Source: the human T2T-CHM13v2.0 reference genome, Homo sapiens. Taken from it: a DNA stretch of 64,000 nucleotides. Within the stretch, counting starts at the first letter, position 1, and every line of letters begins with the position of its first letter. Location of the stretch: NCBI RefSeq assembly GCF_009914755.1, contig NC_060943.1, one strand, 5' to 3'. The translations under genes and the position numbers were made by a program. Below the pieces are notes generated by a model that worked only from the letters and a program-made list of their open reading frames with translations, made no database searches and was not told where the DNA came from. Positions 50,756 to 62,580 of the stretch are shown piece after piece.

Positions 50756-51243
50756 TGTGGTTGCCATGATTACTACCTGAGACTGTCACTACGACAGTTA
50801 CTATTGTTACTACTTGAGACCATCATTACAAGACTGAACGAAGGGACGAATGTAGAAATGAAAACTTAAGACAGAAGAAACTGTTTTAAAGGAAGGGACC
50901 AGGGGAAGAAAAAGAGAGCTCCCTGCTTCTAGTGAGCAAAGGCAGCCCCCCAAGCTTCTACAGCCCTTCGTACTTATTGGGTAGAAAGCAGGGGGAGGAA
51001 ACGATTGGCCAGCTGCTTGATTGTTCACACGTTCACGTTATTGCTAACAGGTTTCAGATTTGCCTACTTGCAAGAAACACTTGTGCCTGGGGCGTGACTG
51101 CCCTCAGCATTCCTTCTGGGCGGCAGACGCAGTTTGTCAGTTTGCCAACAGCCTGCTTTCATGAGAACAGTTTGCTGTTTACTCACGTAGCCTCCAGTGG
51201 TATACTGAGTTGATCACAACCCTCATTCTTTCGGCCTTCAACA
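50756..51243 (-). mobile_element. Complete solo ERV LTR, probably LTR3 (HERV-K HML-6)
   Basis: Minus strand starts TGTTGAAGGCCGAAAGAATGAGGG and ends ...GGCAACCACA (TG...CA), 488 bp; 6-bp flanks cctgtg / cctgag. Family call is from memory of the LTR3 consensus. Confidence 0.75.
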
Positions 51244-51677
51244 CCTGAGCCCTCACGGGACATCTGTGCCCCTCATGGGACACCTGTGTCCTCACAGTAC
51301 ACTTGTGACCCTTCCAGGACACCTTACTGGTAGAATTAGTGTAGCTGCCCCCACCCTGAGGCCAAGGACACCATTGTCTCAGGAAGGCTGAAGACCACAG
51401 GCTCCTGGGGGGACAGAGGGCAGGTGGGGCCCCTCAGGACCCTCCTTGGTGGTAAGTGGGCCTGGCCTGGGGGTGATTGCAGGCGGGAGGAGGCTCCCAG
51501 CAGGGACTTATCCTGGGTCCTACTCACACTTCTGGGGCCTGCATTATTTCCCAAATCACCCCACACCCCAAGGCCTTCTGGATGGGGACGAGTGGGGGGT
51601 CACAGACACTGGGGGAGCTGGAGAGCAGAGACCTCACACTCCATCCGTGACAGATGATGTCCAAGCCCCTACATGCC

Positions 51678-52250
51678 CCAGACCCCAGGGCAAGGCTGAG
51701 CCTCCCTCCTCAGACCCCAGGGCAAGGCTGAGCCTCCCTCCTCAGACCCCAGGGCAAGGCTGAGCATCCCCACTCAGACCTCAGGGTAGGGCCTCGCCTC
51801 CTCCCTTGGACCCCAGGACAGGGCCTCACCTCTCCCCTCAGACCCCAAGGCAGGGCCTCGCCTCCCCCCTCAGACTCAGGACAGGGCCATGCCTCCCCAC
51901 TCAGACCCCAAGGCAAGGCCAACCCTCACCCCTAGACCCCAGGCAGGTTCAAGCCTCCCCGCTCAAACCTCAGGGCAGGGCATACCTCCCTCCTCAGACC
52001 CAGGGCAGGGTGTGTCTCCCCTCTCAGACCACAGCACAGGGCCTCGCATCCCTCCTCAGACCCCAGGACAAGGCTGAGCCTCTCCGCTCAGACCCCAGGG
52101 TAAGGTCATGCCTCCCCTCTCAGAACCTAGGGCAAGGCCAACCCTCCCCCCTCAGACCCCAGGCAGGTCCAAGCTTCCCCCTCAGATGCCAGGGCAGAGC
52201 CTGCCTCCCTCCTCAGACGCCAGAGCAGGGTGTGTCTCCCACTTAGACCC
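51678..52250 (+). repeat. Degenerate ~31-bp minisatellite (cagaccccagggcaaggctgagcctccctcct)
   Basis: About 18 diverged copies anchored on ctcagacccc. Confidence 0.88.
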
Positions 52251-52533
52251 ACAGCCACCTCACCTCAGGCTGAGTCACCGTGAGCCGTTGTCAGCAGGGC
52301 CATGGGGATGGGGTGAGCAAGTCCCTACTTTTCCTATGCACCTCAATCCCAGTGGGGGGCTGCCCCAGGGGGCCAGCAGCTCTGCTCCCAGCAGGGTGAG
52401 CTCAGGGGCAGGAGAGGCAACCATGAATCCCAAAATGGGCGCCTGGCCCCGAGACCCTACCAGCTTGTCCCTGGGGGTCTCTCTCCCTGGACCTGTGTGT
52501 CCTCCCATGGGCAGAAAGTTGGCCTCAGGCCGC

Positions 52534-53118
52534 CTTTGTGGGCCTCAGTTTTCCCTTCTGTAACGCATCAGGCTCTCTGGGCCTCAGTTTCCCCTTCTGC
52601 AACGCATCGGGCTCTCTGGGCCTCAGTTTCCCCTTCTGCAACGCATCGGGCTCTCTGGGCCTCAGTTTCCCCTTCTGCAACGCATCGGGCTCTCTGGGCC
52701 TCAGTTTCCCCTTCTGCAACGCCTCGGGCTCTCTGGGCCTCAGTTTCCCCTTCTGCAACGCATCGGGCTCTCTGGGCCTCAGTTTCCCCTTCTGCAACGC
52801 CTCGGGCTCTCTGGGCCTCAGTTTCCCCTTCTGCAACGCATCGGGCTCTCTGGGCCTCAGTTTCCCCTTCTGCAACGCCTCGGGCTCTCTGGGCCTCAGT
52901 TTCCCCTTCTGCAACGCATCGGGCTCTCTGGGCCTCAGTTTCCCCTTCTGCAACGCCTCGGGCTCTCTGGGCCTCAGTTTCCCCTTCTGCAACGCATCGG
53001 GCTCTCTGGGCCTCAGTTTCCCCTTCTGCAACGCATCGGGCTCTCTGGGCCTCAGTTTCCCCTTCTGCAACGCCTCGGGCTCTCTGGGCCTCAGTTTCCT
53101 CTTCTGTAACGCATCAGG
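52534..53118 (+). repeat. 39-bp VNTR, 15 copies, upstream of S1PR4
   Basis: Unit ctctctgggcctcagtttccccttctgcaacgc(a/c)tcggg with exact 39-bp period. Confidence 0.97.
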
Positions 53119-53389
53119 CCCTGTTTCGGGGATCAAGTCGGATGAGTCAGTGCTCAAGGGCATGCAGGCACTTGACATTTATTAGGCACCTGCTGTGTGC
53201 TGAGCGCCGGTGGAGCATGTGGGGAGACCTCAGTGGAGCCGACGGGTGCTTCGGGGGTGATCAGGGCTGGTGGGGAGGAGTCGTCCGGCTGGAAAGGGGT
53301 GGCCCATCCCGAGTGGGGACTCATTTCCCCTCCGTGACTGACGGCTCCGGGGCTCCCTGCGGGTCTCCGGCTTTCGAGGACAGGAAGAA

Positions 53390-53620
53390 GGCAGCCAGGG
53401 CAGGGGTGGGGGTCCTCACAGCCAGGGCGGCCCCAGCGCGTTGGCTCCAGGAGCCCGGGTGGGGGCCGACCGTTGGGGTGCCCCTCCCTGTCCTCGGCCT
53501 TACCTCCACCCTGGAGGGCACCTTGAACATAACAGGAAATTTCAAATAACAGGAAACCAAGACCAGCAAGGCGGGTGGCTCCACCCTGCGTCGGGCCTCA
53601 GTCAGCCCCCGGGGGAGGCC
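53390..53620 (+). promoter_or_regulatory. S1PR4: S1PR4 proximal promoter
   Basis: KLF/SP-type ggggtgggg (53403), ccaccc boxes and twin ATAACAGGAAA motifs just before the ATG. Confidence 0.6.
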
Positions 53621-54775
53621 ATGAACGCCACGGGGACCCCGGTGGCCCCCGAGTCCTGCCAACAGCTGGCGGCCGGCGGGCACAGCCGGCTCATTGTTCT
53701 GCACTACAACCACTCGGGCCGGCTGGCCGGGCGCGGGGGGCCGGAGGATGGCGGCCTGGGGGCCCTGCGGGGGCTGTCGGTGGCCGCCAGCTGCCTGGTG
53801 GTGCTGGAGAACTTGCTGGTGCTGGCGGCCATCACCAGCCACATGCGGTCGCGACGCTGGGTCTACTATTGCCTGGTGAACATCACGCTGAGTGACCTGC
53901 TCACGGGCGCGGCCTACCTGGCCAACGTGCTGCTGTCGGGGGCCCGCACCTTCCGTCTGGCGCCCGCCCAGTGGTTCCTACGGGAGGGCCTGCTCTTCAC
54001 CGCCCTGGCCGCCTCCACCTTCAGCCTGCTCTTCACTGCAGGGGAGCGCTTTGCCACCATGGTGCGGCCGGTGGCCGAGAGCGGGGCCACCAAGACCAGC
54101 CGCGTCTACGGCTTCATCGGCCTCTGCTGGCTGCTGGCCGCGCTGCTGGGGATGCTGCCTTTGCTGGGCTGGAACTGCCTGTGCGCCTTTGACCGCTGCT
54201 CCAGCCTTCTGCCCCTCTACTCCAAGCGCTACATCCTCTTCTGCCTGGTGATCTTCGCCGGCGTCCTGGCCACCATCATGGGCCTCTATGGGGCCATCTT
54301 CCGCCTGGTGCAGGCCAGCGGGCAGAAGGCCCCACGCCCAGCGGCCCGCCGCAAGGCCCGCCGCCTGCTGAAGACGGTGCTGATGATCCTGCTGGCCTTC
54401 CTGGTGTGCTGGGGCCCACTCTTCGGGCTGCTGCTGGCCGACGTCTTTGGCTCCAACCTCTGGGCCCAGGAGTACCTGCGGGGCATGGACTGGATCCTGG
54501 CCCTGGCCGTCCTCAACTCGGCGGTCAACCCCATCATCTACTCCTTCCGCAGCAGGGAGGTGTGCAGAGCCGTGCTCAGCTTCCTCTGCTGCGGGTGTCT
54601 CCGGCTGGGCATGCGAGGGCCCGGGGACTGCCTGGCCCGGGCCGTCGAGGCTCACTCCGGAGCTTCCACCACCGACAGCTCTCTGAGGCCAAGGGACAGC
54701 TTTCGCGGCTCCCGCTCGCTCAGCTTTCGGATGCGGGAGCCCCTGTCCAGCATCTCCAGCGTGCGGAGCATCTGA
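53621..54775 (+). CDS. S1PR4: Sphingosine-1-phosphate receptor 4 (EDG6), class A GPCR, intronless CDS, 384 aa
   Basis: gaggccATG; MNATGTPVAPESCQQL...LHYNHSGRL; ENLLV (TM1), LSDLL (TM2), ERF (TM3), CWGP (TM6), NPIIY (TM7); ends SSVRSI*. Confidence 0.98.
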   Translation: MNATGTPVAPESCQQLAAGGHSRLIVLHYNHSGRLAGRGGPEDGGLGALRGLSVAASCLVVLENLLVLAAITSHMRSRRWVYYCLVNITLSDLLTGAAYLANVLLSGARTFRLAPAQWFLREGLLFTALAASTFSLLFTAGERFATMVRPVAESGATKTSRVYGFIGLCWLLAALLGMLPLLGWNCLCAFDRCSSLLPLYSKRYILFCLVIFAGVLATIMGLYGAIFRLVQASGQKAPRPAARRKARRLLKTVLMILLAFLVCWGPLFGLLLADVFGSNLWAQEYLRGMDWILALAVLNSAVNPIIYSFRSREVCRAVLSFLCCGCLRLGMRGPGDCLARAVEAHSGASTTDSSLRPRDSFRGSRSLSFRMREPLSSISSVRSI

Positions 54776-55291
54776 AGTTGCAGTCTTGCGTGTGGATGGT
54801 GCAGCCACCGGGTGCGTGCCAGGCAGGCCCTCCTGGGGTACAGGAAGCTGTGTGCACGCAGCCTCGCCTGTATGGGGAGCAGGGAACGGGACAGGCCCCC
54901 ATGGTCTTCCCGGTGGCCTCTCGGGGCTTCTGACGCCAAATGGGCTTCCCATGGTCACCCTGGACAAGGAGGCAACCACCCCACCTCCCCGTAGGAGCAG
55001 AGAGCACCCTGGTGTGGGGGCGAGTGGGTTCCCCACAACCCCGCTTCTGTGTGATTCTGGGGAAGTCCCGGCCCCTCTCTGGGCCTCAGTAGGGCTCCCA
55101 GGCTGCAAGGGGTGGACTGTGGGATGCATGCCCTGGCAACATTGAAGTTCGATCATGGTACGTGATGTTGCGGCCTCTTATTCCCTGGTGCGTGCATGCG
55201 TGGGGGCCGTGGCTCAGGGGGGCTGTGGATCTAGGGGCAGCCGGGTGTGTCTTTGCTAGAGAGGGCCACGGGCCAGTGCCCTGTGAGGGTG

Positions 55292-55293
<2 letters not shown>

Positions 55294-55324
<31 letters not shown>
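55294..55324 (+). repeat. (GT)15 microsatellite
   Basis: Pure GT run. Confidence 0.95.
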
Positions 55325-55325
<1 letters not shown>

Positions 55326-56061
55326 ACAACCTCTGGGCGTTGCGGGAAGTGGGGGTGACAATGACAGTTAATGCCGCCTCTTCTTGTTCACTTCCCCTTT
55401 AGAAATGGCAGGGCCCATGCCCCATCTCTGGCCTCTGCATCTTTTGGGGACCCAGTCTCTGGGGCTGGCAGAGGCACCACCTTGGCTTCCTGGGCTGGGG
55501 GAATCTTCCCTCACATCCCCTTCAGCATGAACGGCCTCGGCTTTCCCGGTGGGTAAAACAGTTTAATCACTGAAGCCGAAGCACAGGGTTGATTGTACAC
55601 GCTCCCCGCCAGCCACAGGGGCTGACGACTGCCTGCCCCGTGAAACTCCAGTGGAGACGTTTCAGCTCCACACCATTCAGTATGGGAGACGCCAGCCCCA
55701 CGGGGCTACGGTGCAAGCAGATAACTGAATTTCGAAGTGTAGGTTGTGTTTAATTTGAATCTGTTTATATTTCGGTAGCCCCATGGGGCGGGTGGCCACA
55801 GTTTCAGTGCAGATGTAAATCCGGAAGCCTCCAGCACCTGCAGCTCATAGACAGCTCTCGCCCACCTTCTCCCAGGACCAAGCCAGTCCCGTCCAGTCCA
55901 GTGTCTGAGCAGAGTCAGAATCCACACCACCCGCCGCCTGGGCTCAGAAAGTTCTGCTTTAAGTCATTATTTCTCCACTGTACGATGGGGAATGCGGTGT
56001 GTGGGGGCCATTTACCCACCAACACAGCAGCTGTGAGGCACACACGGCTATTGAAAATTCA

Positions 56062-58607
<2,546 letters not shown>

Positions 58608-60039
58608 CAATTGCAGACAGATGGAACTGTGGCCAGCCACTTCACCAGTGAAGTCCCAAACACCCCTCTGCAGGCATGATAAGCTAGGGTAGTTCTTATC
58701 TTTTCCTGATTCCTGTTCTCTGTGTGTTTAGTGGGGACCACAGCAGGCAGGGTGGGGTGTTGGTGGAATTTGGGATAAGTGGAGTCTGGGCAGGCCTGGA
58801 GCTCTCTGTCTGCCTTCTGGGCCCGTGTTGGCTGACCCTGTTGCCCCCTCTGCCCTGCTTTGGCTGAGCTGAATTATTTCTTGGTCCTTCCCTTCTGGGG
58901 GCTTCTCGCTTAACCTCCTTTGTTGTCCCTGATAAAGGGGCCTTGTTAGCCCGCACCTTCCCTCCTTCGTCACTTGACTTCTGCCTGCTCATTCTTTGTA
59001 CCTTAGTTTTAGCGTCACCTCCTCCAGGAAGTCTTCTTTGATTTCTCCTCCTCCCTAGGTCTCCTCTAGGCTCCCACAGCTGCCTGTGTTCCCTGCATGA
59101 CAGCTCTGCTTTATACTGGGCACAACTTTCCCTCTTTCTTCACTCATCTGCTCTGGCTCATCTTTTGAGTTTCAGCTTAAGTGTCACCTCCTCCAGGAAG
59201 CCTCCTCTGATTTCCTCTCCTCCCTAGGCCTCCTCTGGGCTTCTCCCAGCTGCCTTTGTGTCCTCTATCCCAGCTCCCATCACCCCTGGTCACACAATCC
59301 ACCTCCTCCTTTGGACTTCGAGCTCCGTGTCGGTGGATAGTGTGGCTTTGCTGGGGTCCCGGCTGTGTCCCCAGCACCCACCACACGGCTGGCACACAGT
59401 AGGTGCTCAGTGACCCAGCAGCACACTCAGAAACTCCCTTTCTAGCCGGGCGCGGTAGCTCACGCCTGTAATTTACAGCTACTCAGGAGGCTGAGACACA
59501 GGAATTGCTTGAACCCAGGAGGTGGAGGTTGCGGTGAGCTGAGATCAAGCCACTGCACTCCAGCCTAGGTGACAGAGACTACATCTCAAAAACAAACAAA
59601 CGAACAAACAAACAAACAGAATTCTCACATGCTGCTGGCAGGGAGAGTGCTTGATTCTTTATCATTATATCTGAGGAAACTGAGACTCTGAGAGGTGAAG
59701 CGACTTGCCCAAAGCCACACAGCTGGGAAATGGAGGAGTTGGGATTTGAGCCCAGGCTCTTAATCGGCACCAATGCCACTTCTCACTTGGGACAGAAAGG
59801 AAGCCCTGACTCCTTAGGCAGCTGTACGGAGCCTGGGATGATAACGTGCTGAGAGCCAGGGCTACTGTCTGCTGCACCCTGGGGCTCAGTCTCCCCATCT
59901 GTACAAAGGGACGTTCCTTAGGTACCTCCAGCCCTGAGACACTGGGTTTTAACTTTAAATTTCTGATGAACAACAAATACTTTTTTAGTATAAGTATGCC
60001 CCAAATATGAATAAAGATAAATATAAATACCTGCCACCG

Positions 60040-61450
60040 ACCCCTGCACAAACCGCAGGTTCCAGACTACAAGTCCCACAACCCACTGCGGCCTCCCTTA
60101 GGAACTGACTATCATGACTTTCTATTTTTCATTCATTCATTCAAAAATGGTATAGGCCACCCGCCGTGCGCCAGGTCTTGTGCTAGATGCCGGGGATACA
60201 TCATATGCACAAAACAGACAAAAGTTTTTGCCTTCGTGGAGTTTGACATCTACATCCTCGGGAGTTTTAAGTGATTTTTGTTTTTCTCAGCAATTTCTGC
60301 CAGGACGACTACAGTTCCCGTGACCCTTTGTGTGTTTGACGGGACTACAACTCCCAGAAGACCTAGCGCGCCAGGCAGGCACTTCCTTTTCTCTTTATCC
60401 CCAACTTCCTTCCAGGTCGCAAGGTCACGTCCTGTCCCCACCTTTCGCCCCTCACCCTAGCTCCCCCAACGCCAAAGACAAGGTTAAGAAAGTGATATCG
60501 CGAAATAGTTTTTTAAAGCATTTTATTGCATTTTATGACTTGGAGTTTATGTGAAACCTCAACGGTATTAGCCGAACAGCCTGCCGCACCTTCCGGGAGT
60601 TCCAGAGTGGGCCTACAACTCCCACAGGGCTCCGCGAGCGCCGGACGGACAGACTACAATTCCCGACAGGCAGCGCGGCTGGCGGGGCGGTTCGCCGCGG
60701 TGCCCACAGGACCTCAGGGCGAGTGCGGGCTGCCCCGCGCGGCGCCCGCAGGACCCCGGCGGCTACCCATGCCGAGGTGAGTCCGCGGGAGCCGCCGCCG
60801 CCGCCGTCCCGTCCCAGCTGCCGCCCCGCGCGGCCCCGCCGCCGGCCAGGATGCTGGAGGAAGCGGGCGAGGTGCTGGAGAACATGCTGAAGGCGTCTTG
60901 TCTGCCGCTCGGCTTCATCGTCTTCCTGCCCGCTGTGCTGCTGCTGGTGGCGCCGCCGCTGCCTGCCGCCGACGCCGCGCACGAGTTCACCGTGTACCGC
61001 ATGCAGCAGTACGACCTGCAGGGCCAGCCCTACGGTGCGTGTCCCCGGCCCACCCTCGGGGCTCCCCGGGCTCCCCGGCCACGCCACTCCGGCCCGGCGA
61101 TCCCCAGGCCGATCCCTAGCTCCGGCCTGGGCTGCCCGACCCATGCTCAGGCCCCAGGCGAGGCAGAGCCCTGCCGCCCTGGACCCCCGGGCGCCCTGGA
61201 ATCCCTGCTCTCCTTGCCTAGCGCCCAGGGACCCCCCGCGCTCGCTCCCACAGCCCCCGGCCCCTGCCTAGGTCTCCCTGCCCCGGAACCCATGGCCGGG
61301 CCAAGCGTCCCGCGTCCCTGGAGCCCTAAGTCCCCTCTCTCCTGTCCCCAGCTGGGCCGGCGTCTGCCTGCCTTGCCGAGTTTCTCCCTCCTGGGCCCCC
61401 TCCGCCCCTTAGGCTTCCTGGTCCGGGCTCACTTGAGCAGACGCTCCCGT
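60040..61450 (+). promoter_or_regulatory. NCLN: NCLN promoter and CpG island
   Basis: High CpG density from about 60570; multiple ACTACAnnTCCC motifs; GC box ggggcgg; ETS acttcc. Confidence 0.85.
60851..61034 (+). CDS. NCLN: Nicalin, coding exon 1 (gene continues beyond the window)
   Basis: MLEEAGEVLENMLKASCLPLGFIVFLPAVLLLVAPPLPAADAAHEFTVYRMQQYDLQGQPYG (hydrophobic signal segment); donor G|gtgcgt at 61035. Confidence 0.95.
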
Positions 61451-62399
61451 CCTGACCTCCAGCTCCCAGGGTCCTGTTCTGGAGACCATCTGGTTGGTCT
61501 CTGGATTCACTGGGTCACGTCCGTGTTCCCAGGCCTCTCGCCTTTAGCTGACTGCGTTTGGAGTTAAAGGTCCCTGCACTGATTTCTGCCAGGCTGAGCC
61601 ACCCGACGCGGTGGTCCAGCATTCCCCACCCCCTCCCACGGCCCTGGGTGCCAAGTGCATTTTGTCCAGTGCCCAAATTCAACTCCCCTGAATTTTCTCG
61701 CTCTAGTCACCGGCCCCCACGTCAAGGGCACATTTGTCCCCAGACCCCTGACGCTCTCTGGTCCCAGTTCGTGAGTCATGTTTCAGAATCTGCTAGCCCA
61801 GCTTCCCTGGTCTCCTCCCACGTCCCCAGTTCAGTCCACTCGCCTGGGGTTCCCTTTGACCCCCTTTCTGTCCCGCCTTTGATGCATACCCACGCCCTCA
61901 GCTCAGCCTCCTCACACCCACTTCCCAGAACCCCACTTGTTCCATCTTTCCAGGATTTCCTCTTCCCTTTCCAAATTCGCACCCCCTTGCCCTTGCATTC
62001 TGCAAGTCTCCCACTCAACAGCCTCGCCCCCTCCCGTCGTGGCCCTGACCCCAGTGTCTAGACCATTCCACATCCCCTTGTCTTTGCCTGGCTATAGCTG
62101 TCCCTGACATTCCAGAACCTGGTCCCTGGTTTTTCTTCTTTTCAGCCTGGCCCCTCAGGTCCCTGGAAGTCAAGGCCTGGCCTTCCCTGTGAAGGAGTCC
62201 CGTCCGCTTGTTCTCCTGGCCCCCTTAGTTCCCAGCCCGGATTCTCTTGGACTGGTCCCTCTCGTCACATCTCAGGCTCAACCTGAGGCGCGGGGACCCC
62301 CAGCTTCTGCCAGCCCTTGGGGAGCCCATCTCTGGAGATGGAACCAGACTTTGGCCTCAGGTCCCATTTTGCCCCAGAGTTACGATTTTTTTACTTAGA

Positions 62400-62580
62400 G
62401 CCATTGTTGTCAACCGAGGGGACGCTGGGTGATGTCTGGGGACATCTGTGGTTGTCACGACCACGGGTGCTCCTGGCATGGAGTGGGTGGAGGCCAGGGA
62501 CGCTGCTCAATTCCCTGTAGTGCCCAGGACGGCCCCACCCCAGAGAACGATCCGGCCCTAATGTCCACAGTGTCCAGGGG
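62400..62580 (+). mobile_element. MER20-like DNA transposon in NCLN intron 1
   Basis: atgtctggggacatctgtggttgtcac...ctggcatggagtgggtggaggccagggacgctgctca...gcccaggacggccccac. Confidence 0.75.

Noticed and set aside
48932-50869. Long ORFs (306-611 aa) in all three + frames
   Set aside because: They come from the 19/20-bp VNTR, whose + strand unit lacks stop codons. The peptides are pure repeats with no gene context
52497-53549. 350/217/215-aa repetitive ORFs
   Set aside because: The 39-bp unit is a multiple of 3 and stop-free in these frames; VNTR artefact
53441-53620. 60-aa N-terminal extension of S1PR4 in the ORF track
   Set aside because: Starts at TTG in probable promoter sequence; the recognised protein starts at ATG 53621
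53978-55156. 392-aa antisense ORF over S1PR4
   Set aside because: Shadow ORF caused by GC-rich codon usage of the sense gene
61035-61567. Continuation of the NCLN ORF to 238 aa
   Set aside because: Read-through into GC-rich intron 1 past the donor at 61035
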